From assembly GCA_030704615.1 (NCBI GenBank), contig CM060731.1:7316001-7380000 (forward strand): 64,000 bases of DNA. Reading direction: 5' to 3'. The notes below the pieces were generated by a model. The model was not told the DNA's origin. It saw only the letters and a program-made list of their open reading frames with translations, and ran no database searches. A program made the position numbers and the translations under genes. The stretch is from Takakia lepidozioides (lineage: Eukaryota; Plantae; Bryophyta). Positions 40,001 through 51,138 of this stretch are shown here, one piece after another. The stretch's first letter is position 1, and every line of letters begins with the position of its first letter.

Positions 40001-40150
40001 GAAAGCTTGTGCGGAGTTTAATCTCTTCTGATAGTTCTTTGTGCCATTGCAGATGGGCTTGACCGTCTAATTGGACCATCGGAGGCTGACAAAGTGATGG
40101 CTGGTCAACATCCAGCTGCCAAGCTGCAGAGGGTGTTCTGCAGTAGCTAA
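34060..40150 (+). CDS. CEP78: CEP78-like centriolar LRR protein (multi-exon)
   Basis: Spliced product RALARAIEG...LELGLCLWNRDLQLLSDAL|TCTKTLRRLSLANSGLGDVRLQIL|SRSLRECVPLQTLSLSGCALSDASVSVITNIVK|SSVCRKADADWQASLR...|ALNLQSNRLTQLGAKYF...LVDLRDN parallels the CEP78 LRR and W-x-x-SLR region. A long disordered tail follows, with the last exon at 40053-40150. The 5' exons are uncertain. Confidence 0.75.
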
Positions 40151-40371
40151 CATGTTACTGTGGGGGGCAGCTATACTGATGCTTATTTCATTTTTCGTTT
40201 GGTCCTCTCTCTCTCACTAAGTTGGCCCTGTCCTAGTAAGTTCCCCTCTCTACCTATGCCTTATGGACTTGTTCTTTCTATCGCAGGGAGGAGGGCTCGG
40301 CAAAACTTTTTTCCTAGGGATGAGGTAGGCCATTTATATGCCTTATGCCTTGTGAAGTTTGTTTGGGGAGG

Positions 40372-40373
<2 letters not shown>

Positions 40374-40412
<39 letters not shown>

Positions 40413-40530
40413 AGAGGATATCCGGACAACTCGGATCAATTGTCCCTGGTAAGTCATACGAAAGGCGTCAGCCTCTGAGAAAGGTACCTTTGTGTTCCGC
40501 TTAAACTGAGCGGGGGGTCAATGGCCACAA
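40374..40530 (+). repeat. (CT)n microsatellite followed by an RTE-group LINE 3' fragment
   Basis: (CT)n then CTAGAGGATATCCGGACAACTCGGATCAATTG...GGTCAATGGCCACAA, matching 22362-22495. Confidence 0.8.
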
Positions 40531-40797
40531 CTACATTAGAGGTGGCATCCCTACCCACAGCCTCAAATGACTACATAACAACCTCCACCTCCCTAACGCA
40601 GCAACAGCCTTATGCTTCAAAGCCAAATATGTTATAGCTATCAGGTCTTATCATTACAAATGTAAGCGCAAGCTCAAGCACAACCAACATGCAATTTGAA
40701 CGATCTTGCCTTAATGGACTATAGAGCCCACTCTCGAAGGAAGCAATAGCCGCTAGGTGAAATGGCTATTCTTTATGTTAGACGTAGACTTTTTAGA

Positions 40798-42270
40798 ATT
40801 TGAGCAGTGCCATGTTGTAACATCACTTTAAGTTTTTGATCGTAGCGGCGAGTGTCACTTGTGAGCTTTGATATTGTGTGGGTAAAGTACTGCAGCTGTG
40901 TTATACGGGGCGCTGACGGCAATGGGTGCAATAACATGTTCAAGCATTGAACATGGCAATTCACGTAGATGGAGTTCACATAGACTTTTTGAGTAGTGTA
41001 ATGTTGTGACATCCCTTTAAGTTTTTTGAAGTGGCTTCATGTTTGTGGTGTTGGTGCTGTCGACCCTGCAATACTCTTTCAATCTGCCCGTGCTTATACT
41101 TGTTATATTACGATTTTGCTTAAGCCCTTGTTCTGTTCTGTTCTGCTGTTTACTTGGGTCACTTGGTATTTACTGAAGTAAGAGCTTTATGATCAACTTA
41201 CAGACGATTACATTGTTTTATGTTTAACAAATTCTTTATTTGTCTCACACAAGTTCATAAAATTATTAGAACATAATGCTTACACAATATGGTTTCTATT
41301 GTAGTTAACATTGCTTATAGCTGATTGCTCAAGAGAGTATTCACGATCAATACACGAACGTATGATTGTACGAGCTCTTGATCATCAATACATTGAAACA
41401 TTAAAACTATATAAACCAATATGTGCATAATTACATAGAACTATACAGAAAAACACCACGTATCACTACATCTGCAACACACTAATCACCTCTTTATGAG
41501 TGTCCCAACATGCTATCATAAGATACAATGCTGGTTTGGTTATCGTCACCAAATTCATTGTATACGACTAAGTCGCCAACATAACTTATACTGAAAATAC
41601 CGTCGACACTGATATCTCCAAGTTTTTTGACTAATTGACCTTTAGGAAGTTTCATAAGAACGGATCTTGGAATTTTCAAGACAGCTTGAATCCAATTTCC
41701 CATAAGCTTTGTAATCGCATTCTCTCATGTGTTTGTTGTAACGTTACAAACTACCTCCAGTTCTTCTCCAACATCAACGGATAACCGACAAAACTGACAA
41801 TGACGACGACGACCATCCTTAGAAATTCCTTGAAATTTGTTTCATTGAATCACCATAAGACAATAAAAAAAAAAAAAATTTGTCATTTAATATGTGCAGC
41901 TATTGATGACGTACGTGTTAAAGTCCCTAAATAAACATAAAAACATGTGTAAGGAGACACAATTCTTTTCCACATTCGGACACGCAAATCGACAACCCTC
42001 TCTTGCTACCAGGTTGGTCTTTCACCCTAAAGAAGACTCCGCTTGAATTCTTGGGGTTAGGGATATTCGGGTGACAATGTGCAATGTGTTCATGAAGACT
42101 TTCAAAATTTGAGCAGTGCAATGTTGTGACATCACTTTAGGGTTTTGATCATCGAGTGGTACTTGTGAGCTTTGATATTGTACGGATAGAGTATTGCAAC
42201 CGAGTTACAAGGGGCGCTGACAACAAGGAGTGCAATAACCTGTTCAAGCTTGGCGCATGGCAATTCACTT
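40798..42270. repeat. Dispersed ~165-bp direct repeat (40798-40963 and 42106-42268)
   Basis: TTTGAGCAGTGCMATGTTGT...CTTGTGAGCTTTGATATTGT...GGGGCGCTGAC...CATGGCAATTCAC is present twice. Confidence 0.8.
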
Positions 42271-44994
42271 ATCGGCGAGCTAAAGTTAAATCCTACTACC
42301 AAGCAGTCATCAACACCTTTTTATGCAGCCTATCCAAACCCCTTGCTAGCTGCAGTTGGAATATTAGAACCAAATTAATACTAACTACTACAACCAAAAA
42401 TAGTACTATTAACAGATGCCTGATATCACAGTCAACCCCTAGTTTGCTAGCAGCTGTGCACAGGCTCCTCCCCAGGCAGCACTCAATGTGCAAAGGGTCC
42501 CGATACAACGCACAACTCCGCACGGAAACAGCTAAACCCTTGGCCATGCTAACTGGAGGAACAAGGCTCCAAAACAAGAGGAAAACATGTCAGCCCTATA
42601 AAGAGCAATTGTATACGCTATTCATAAACAATTACTCAATTATTATACCACTGTACATAAACCCTGTTATTATGCATTCACCAATACCCCTACAGGTCTG
42701 CCTCCTCTATTATGGGGATCCCCATGCAACATCAACATCTATAAGACACCTACACTTAATTACTATTGACAACCACTGTTCTAATAAAAAGCCAGAATAC
42801 GTAAGTGGGTAGAGCCCAGATCAATACAATGAGCTGCCATTGACACCCCTATCACACCACCACATTAATTTGCTGCCACCCAAACTAGCCCTTGGGAGGA
42901 GAGGTCACACATCGGAATATCAAGTGCCAATATGGACTATACCCCCTCACCCCCAACAAGGCAGAAAAGGCATGCGCTCTAGTCCAAATGCTCTCCTAAA
43001 CCAGGCAATTGGACGAAACTTGTAAAGACATTGAAATATAAACCTTTGAGTTGCATGGACTACTCAAAGAAACACTGTAAAGATGCAGCAACATCCGCAC
43101 TCCACAAATTGCTAGTCAGAATTAGTGATACAAGCGAGCCACCAAAAAAAATGGATGATACCCATGATTGCAATAAACCTCGATGGTGCACTATGTAGTG
43201 GCCCAGGTATTTGATTGATAACACCATCCCCTGCCCCAATAAAAGGTCAAAAGCATCTTTGAACGCATCTCAACTTGCAGATGATGAGGAAGGATCACAC
43301 ATGTACAATAGCGGGCCCCATACGAGCTTTGGCACAAAATCATTGGCCCATCTCCCCTAGAAAGGGCAGAGAGCCCAAATGCAAGTGGCAAACGCTCCTC
43401 AGTTGCCGCATTGACCACCAAAAAATCCAACACGAGTAATAGACGAGTCTAAAAACCCACCCAAAGAAGTTCTCACCACCATGACAAGAAAATTGTACAT
43501 GAGAGATTTCATATTCACCCCACTGCCAAAGCAGCTCATATCAGTCATCAATTGCCTAAGAGTCTTAGTGCACAATTTGTTGGTACTAAAACCGGAAACT
43601 GGGCTGCCACACTATAAACATACACTATCAAAGGCCAGAATTGACACTCACTGCTCTGACCAAGAAAACAAAGATATATGGCGGTCTATGGAGATATTTG
43701 GTTGGGGCAATATTTGCAACATGCCGTTATGACCAAGAACTGCCATGCCCAAAGCTTGAAAATGCTATTGCACGCCTTGTTGCAGCACCGCTTGTAAATC
43801 GACTGCATCACTTTATCCATACGATATCACACACAACTGCCACTTGCTGCTATGATAAAAAAATATCAACGCAATATCACAACACTGCGCTGCTCATATT
43901 CTGAAATAATATTACACTTTTTGCTCTCAATACTAGTCGAAAGTCGAATGCAGTGCTATATCTACATGCTATCAAAATCCACAATTGCACGAGGTGGCAA
44001 GCTTGACAATGTGCTCAATCATACTACTTCACTGTTAACAACTTTACATGAGTTCTATGGAATTGTCTGAGTACCTTAATCAGTATCCAGAACCATTGCT
44101 ATAATGGTTGTTGCAAATGGTCAGTGGAACTAGTGGCCTCAAGTTTACCGATATAATTGTCACATGTGGGAACTATTGACAATCTGTAAAATTAGCAATT
44201 ACTTTCAACACTTTCAGCATTGAGAATGTTGTAAGATGGTATCTTACAGAGCTATAGCTAAAGAAAACTATAATGTCTTCACTAGCATTGCAATAATATG
44301 TTGTTCAGCATTTAGAAGAAGTTTCAAATTCAATCTATCCTTGTGTGGTTGATTACTCAATTAGAGAACATGTTCGTGAATTCTTGCATTCATTACACGG
44401 AGTACATTCAGAAGAAAAACACTTAAATAGAATGTCCATCAATGTTGAACAAGTTGGTATACGGGCAATTCACATATGGTCTAAAAGAAATTGCAAAGTT
44501 ATAATTGAATGAAGAGCCTTTGCAAATTTTATATGATCGAGCGCCAAAAAATTATCTAACGATTTTTAATTGAACATTTCAATATCAATCTCCACAAACC
44601 CAACGGAGAATCTGACTCACTTCACTCATTCATAAAAAACTACACTTTCATGAATGAACATATGAGAGACTGGAACTCTCAATTATATCATATATGGATT
44701 AATTCACCTACACAACATGTTTGTCTGGAACAGAAGAAGCATATTGGACCAACCACAAACCTATTTACTTAGCAATCAAACTTCTATATTATGTCAATCA
44801 TTTTTACAACAGATTTGTAACTATAATCTAGGTAGGCTTGCATATATTCCATGCATTTGTTTATGAATTTAATTGCATCATAACACATCCAAACTACTTA
44901 TAACATCATTAGTGAGGTGATGATCACATACAGGTTGTTACTAGGTTGTTTTATTATGATAGCACCTTTAACACACTCAAAGTGTTAATAATTT

Positions 44995-45560
44995 CCTTCA
45001 TAATAATGAATATCATGGCCAAAATGCAACCCGTTCTTATCGTATGATTGCACATAAGACATTTTCTAGATAGTTTGATAGAGTTAATGTGAATGTCAAG
45101 TATTCCTTGATAGTAGTCTTTATCAAGTGTTAAATTTACATGACCTAGACGTCCACCATAACATTGATCATAGTAAGTAGATTTGTAAATTGAGACTTTC
45201 ATTAAGCTTAAATCAAATGTATGTGTTCATTGACATAAGCACATGACCATTGTACAAAAATGAAAATCATTTTGTGGAGACACTCATGAAACAAGTAGAG
45301 TTTGAATCTTATTATTTTTATTGGACACAATACATATCAATAAACCAATTCACATTATGCGTCGACATTTTAGTCGAAATGACTATCATGGTCAAAATGC
45401 GATATGTCCTTCTTATATGAATGCACATAAGATGTTTTCTAGTTAACTCAGATAAAAAAAAATTGAGATTGCCAAATGTTATTTGCAAATAGTCTTTATC
45501 AAGTGTTACACTTACATGACCATGATGTTTACCATATCATTGATCATAGTAAGTAAATCA
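44995..45560. repeat. ~170-bp direct repeat pair
   Basis: ATCATGGYCAAAATGC...GCACATAAGA...TAGTCTTTATCAAGTGTTA...CATTGATCATAGTAAGTA at about 45012-45180 and 45385-45557. Confidence 0.75.
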
Positions 45561-46288
45561 TCACTTGTTTGGGGTCTACCGTCCCTGGACAACCGTTTAG
45601 GCATTTTTGTGCCTAATAATAAATTCAATCAATCAACAAACTAGGCACGTTAAATCCTCAATACATAATGTGAATTGGTCATTGATATGCAATGTGTTCA
45701 ATAATAACAGGGGTTAGGGTTTAGAGAAATGTCAGTGGGTGGTGCTGCAAAACAAGATATAGCTGGTACATTGTTGGGGACATCTACGATGATTTGCCAA
45801 GTTCACTATTTTCTGAAATGACAATTGCAATGCCCAAGATTCGACCAACTGCCATGTTCAGACTAGCAACTATAATTTTTGAGAGTGATGATGCATCGAC
45901 ACTATCTCTGAGAATAACAGACAAGGTACAATCTAGGTTCATGTCCAAATTGGCCTCATATATTACTTCCGGAACATACTTAACATTCAGGTTTACATAT
46001 GTTGCCACCAAGTTGCATCTAGTCTGTCGGGCTTTTGAATATATACATTCATTGGAGGCAACACCGAAGCTCTAGATCTGGTAATGGGTACACACCACCT
46101 ATGTGGGTTCAATCCACCAATTGGTATAGCAAAGGTGTCAATCTTCCCGCAGTATCGTTTCAGGGTCAAGGAAAACATCATAGTTTACACTTCATCGAGA
46201 GACGTTATATATATGTGTGTGTGTATTTGTGTATTTCTGGCGCCCTTGGGGACATGTCCTATACGATATCTTCACCATGCATAATAGA

Positions 46289-49200
46289 TTGTAATCATAA
46301 GATGTTGTTTGCCGTAGCCTTGTGACCAGTTTGAGCGGGAACAAAAGGGACAGAACCTACCTCTGTCAGGGGCTGACGTTGGTAGTAAGACTTACCTTCA
46401 TATAGAGAATTAATCCGGGTTTTCCAGATATCCTCTAGAAATCCCTTCACACAAGCATCAATCTGTTGTGTGTGATTTGCCCAAAACCTAGACCTCGGGA
46501 GGGCCTGGGCTTTTGGCTCAGCCTCGAGACTTTCAAAGTTGGTAAACATGGGTACAGGCACAATTCCCTTGATAGAGTTGAAGAGAGCGACTCTTTGGTG
46601 AGAGAACCCCGGACTGTGTATCAGAAAATGAATGTTGTCTTCAGATTGCCCACACAACGGGCAATTGCACTCTCCCTTTCCTCTTTGCTTCTGTTTGTTG
46701 TTCAAAGGTAGGCTTCCTGCCCTGAGTTTAAATTTCAGTCTAGTGCCGAGAGTGGGTAGACCCTTGAGGTCATCCAAGATGTCCTCCCCCATGTCACTGA
46801 CTGGAAGCAAGTTCAGGGAAGTTTTCTGCCTAACTTCATTTTCATCAGACAATCTCATGGCAACAAGACATGGCTTCGGACACTACAGCCTCTAAGTCAG
46901 ATTTATCCAGCAGGGTCAAGACTTGCGGATCCAGGTCCAGGTCCTTGAGAATCGCTTCTACTCTCTTCTGCCAGGACTTAGCCTGTTTGACAGGGCGGTC
47001 CTGTTTCCAAGATATAGAGTCGATTAACTTAGGATATCTAGTGTTGGGCATATGTTACAGCTGACCCCACCATCTGACCTTGAATTCATCTCGTCGGGAG
47101 CTTAAGGACAGAATGCCAAACTCACCCCGAACAGCCACATTGGTTGTTTTGGAGCATGCTGACATACACTCCTTAAGCACCCCCACTTGAATGGATTCTA
47201 GAGACTTAGCCTGGTTGGAGTTATCAACCCATATAGGAGATCCTTACTCCAAGGCAGGTCTAATAACGCGGCAAAGCATGGTTTTCTTAAACTCAGAGTT
47301 GACCCCTCTGCAGTGGAAAAATTTAGGGTAGCCGTCAGATGGACAATCTGTTCCTAAGTGTGCAGAGCCTGAACGTCGTGTAACTGAAGGATTTGGTATT
47401 CTAAATGGTTTACCAATCCTCAAAGTCTACACAAGACGAGCAAAATCTATACACGGGGTATTTGTCCCCAAGCAGTCTGACGGACAATATGCCCCTAAGT
47501 GTGCGGAGCCTGTGCGTCGTATAACTGAAGGATTTGGTACCCTGAGTGGTTTACCAATTCTCAAAGTTTACACAAGACGAGCAAAATCTACACATGAACG
47601 GTTGGCCGTCCAGGAGCAATCACAAGCTACCTAGACGACAAACAATTCACATGCAAAGGGCTGGCTTGCGGCTGGCCACTTTCAACTTCTCAGGGCTTAC
47701 TAACCAAAGGAAACAACTCGAAGTGGGACAAGTCCTTCGGACTAATGATATTCATATTTGTGCTGGGCAAGAAACATGGGAAACGTCGGATAAACTGGTT
47801 GGAGATGTCAATGGTTATAAATGGGCAGGTAGGATGTGTACTCTCAAGGCAGCCTCTGCCAAACGCGGTCAAAAAGGGGTTGGATTCTTTGTCCGTGATT
47901 TCTTGTTTGATAATTGTGAAATTATCAACAAGGGTTTGAGGTACGAGCATAGTATCTGGCTAAAACTGAGTCTGAAGGCGGCACGAGTACGAAGGACCTC
48001 TTTGTGGGTTGTGTTTACATGCCCACAGAGGGGACCCTTAGTGCTGATGCAGACAAAGCCTTCGAAGATGTAAAGCTGGATTGTGCTTTGTTCCTTGCCA
48101 AAGGTCAGGTAGTGCTATTGGGTGACTTCAATGCCCGGGTGGGCAAAGGGCTCCATCAGGACGATATCATTGGGCCTTTTGGTGAGGACGAGCTGAATTC
48201 TAATGGCAGACGGTTAATTAACTGTCTAGAAGAGCTTCAGCTTTTGACCTTGAATAACAGGACAAGAGGTGACCAGGTGCAGTGGACTCGTGAGAAACCC
48301 CAAACTGGGGAACGTTCCATTGTGGACTATATCATAATGGACAAAAATTTGTTTCCCCAGTGTGCCAATGTGTTGATCGACAAAACTGATATTGGTACCT
48401 CTGACCACTTCCTGGTTTGGACTGAGATCAAACGGTGTTTTCCCAACACCAAGAGATCTGTGAAACGTTCGATTCGGAAGTGGCGCATAGAAAAATTCCA
48501 TAATGAGGAGGTCAAGGCTGAGTACGTCCAGGCCTTGCAAGAGGCTCTCCCTCATTTTGTCCAATCGCTCCAAGAACTTCAGTCTCGCTCTGACAACGCA
48601 AGAAATGAAGTCGAAAGAGCAGTGGACTCTTGGGAGAGTTTCGTTTCCTCCGTGGCTGACAAGATCATTGGGAGGAAACTAATTGTCTGTGGTAGAGTTG
48701 TTAATTGGTGGACCAATGAGATCAAACTCAAGATAGCTGAGAGATGAGCCCTTTATAAAGAGTGCTGCAATTTGAAAACCAACAGAGAATTGTGGGCGAG
48801 GTACTACCAGCTCCGTAAGGATATCAATCAGCTTGTTAGGTCTCAGAAGAAATTATACTAGGACAAGTTATACAGTGAAATAAACTCAAACCACCATGGT
48901 GGTAATGACAAGAAATTCTGGTTGGCCCTTCAACGTTTGTACAAGCCTAAAAACGGTCAGCAAGTACAAGCGCTAAAGACTACTAAAGGTGCAGTGGTGA
49001 CTTCATCGGTTGACATTGTCAAAACCTTTGAAAATCACTACAGTATCCTTGGCAGAACTTCTAGGTCTAACAGTGAGGGGTCTTAAGCTGAATGGAGGGA
49101 CACAGTTGGAAAAACTGTTCCTATGATTCAAAACTGCCATGATGAACTGGAGTATATTTCAATGGCTTATAACGCTCCCATTAGTTCTTCTGAGATTGTG

Positions 49201-50199
49201 GAAGCAATTGAACATTTAAATGGATATAAAGCTGGTGGACCTGATGGTATTGTCAACGAGCTTATCAAGCACGGTGGCGATCCCATGATAGAGGCCCTAG
49301 TTCTCCTCTTTAACCTTATCTGGAAGACTAAAATGATCCCCTTTCGCTGGCGACAGGGGGTCATTGTCAATCTATACAAGAAGGGTGACAGAGAAGAACC
49401 GGGGAACTACCGTGGCATCACGCTCCTCAATGCTGTTGGCAAGACATTCTGCAGAGTTATAAGTACTCGTCTCGAGGTTGATCTGGAGTCTAGAGGTTGT
49501 TTCCACGAAGGCCAAGCTGGCTTTCGGCGAAACAGGGGCTGTGTGGATCATATCTTCACTCTAAGCCAGATTATCCAGGGAAGGAAAAAAGAAGGGAAAC
49601 CCACTTATGTTTTTTTCCTGGATGTCAAAAAGGCTTATGACACAGTGTGGAGAGCTGGCCTATGGTTCTGCCTCTGGTCTTGTGGGATCAAGGGAAAGAT
49701 GTGGAGAGTTGTCCACAACTTGTATGCTCACACCAAAAGCTGTGTCACTGTCAACGGACAGAAGTCCAACTTCTTTGACATAGACCAAGTTGTAGCTCAA
49801 GGATGTACTCTCTCCCCTCTGCTCTTCAATGTTTTCAACAATCAACTCCTCGAGGATGTGGAAAGTGAGGGATTTGGGTTAAGGGTGGGTGATACCACCA
49901 TACCAGCCCTTATGTTTGCGGATGACTTCGCAGGCATAGGGGAGACTCCAACCAATCTCCAAGAGTTGATTGATTGCACGAAGAGATACTTTGATCTTTG
50001 GGGGCTAGAGGCTAATGTCAGCAGGTAGCATTCGACGACAAAGGAGAGGGAGGAAGTGATCTTCAGTGGCAGTGGGGTAGCCAAGAGATCCCGGTCCTCC
50101 CTTCCTACACTTACCTGGGCGTTGAGTTTTCCTCCAATTGTAATTGGGATGCACATATCCGGAAAGTTGTTCAAACTGGCAAGGGCAAAGCTCTGGGGC
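46289..50199 (-). mobile_element. RTE-group (RTEX-like) LINE with twin-priming 5' inversion
   Basis: The 3' part is on minus at 46289-47333 (RT thumb, CPLC...H...zinc motif, 3' end). The 5' part is inverted on plus at 47334-50199 (EN motifs AGQETW, LLGDFNARVG and TSDHFLV; RT motifs QAGFR, FLDVKKAYD, QGCTLSP, FADD and YTYLG). The TSD TCACCATGCATAATAGA lies at 46272-46288 and 50200-50216. Confidence 0.9.
47334..47595 (+). repeat. ~141-bp tandem duplication in the LINE 5' region
   Basis: GTCWGAYGGACAAT...CCTAAGTGTGC...ACACAAGACGAGCAAAATCTA occurs twice. Confidence 0.85.
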
Positions 50200-51138
50200 T
50201 CACCATGCATAATAGAATCAGACATGGAGATAATTGAGTAGCAGATATCTCCACTATGGTATATATATTAGCCTAATACATGCCCCCACATTTTCAAAAG
50301 ACTGGAACAGACTGGTGAAAATGCTATTTACACTAAAACTGCAAGTTGCTGAACATCAGTTTTTGTTAGGGAGAAACAACATCGATGCAAAGTGACTCTA
50401 GGAGTGTCTTCGGCATTGGAAGGAGAGCCCTTCGAAACAGACTTGATGACTGACAGAACCTTGACAAGCCCAAGAATGCACTATTTATTACCCACTTAGA
50501 GCCAAAAGGAACGGCAAAAAGGAATAGTTTAGGCATTTATGTTATGTGGCCAAAAGAAATGCAGCTGGTTCAACACTACAACACTACATACGCGGCCAGC
50601 AGTTTGTTCCCAATCATGAACAGATCCTCAATGCCATTTAAATTAGGAGTTTTCCACACCAAGCTTTCAACTTGTGCTGTTCTCCAAAAATAGGTTTTAT
50701 CTCCCTATCACTACCTCTCTCTCGCCAAACTCTCTCAATGCAAGTAAGACTGGCTAGTAAAGGGTGGGAAACTTAATAAGTGAAAACAAAAACATTTTAC
50801 TACCTCATGGGACTTCCATCCCCTCTACACCCCGGTTTTCTAGCACTGCAGAATACCAATAATTAGTCTAAACCCTACCAGTCATGTAGGAAGCCTAAGC
50901 CGTCCTTCCTGCCTCCCTCTACGCATGCTCATCCATGTTCCACCTCTCCATGTTCTTCATACTTGAAGTGCATCCTCAAAAGACAAAAGGAAGCAGTTGA
51001 CCTTAGTGTTTTCGTTGTCACCACCTTTGCCACCCACCTCCCAGGCCCTCACTGCTGCCCATGTGCCTATACTCATAGCCAGAACATACGCAAATTCAAC
51101 CTCCCTTTCCAATATCTATCTCCCTTGAGACATTTTTC

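Noticed and set aside
45709-45725. Interstitial telomere
   Set aside because: Only about two TT(T)AGGG units; a telo-box at most.
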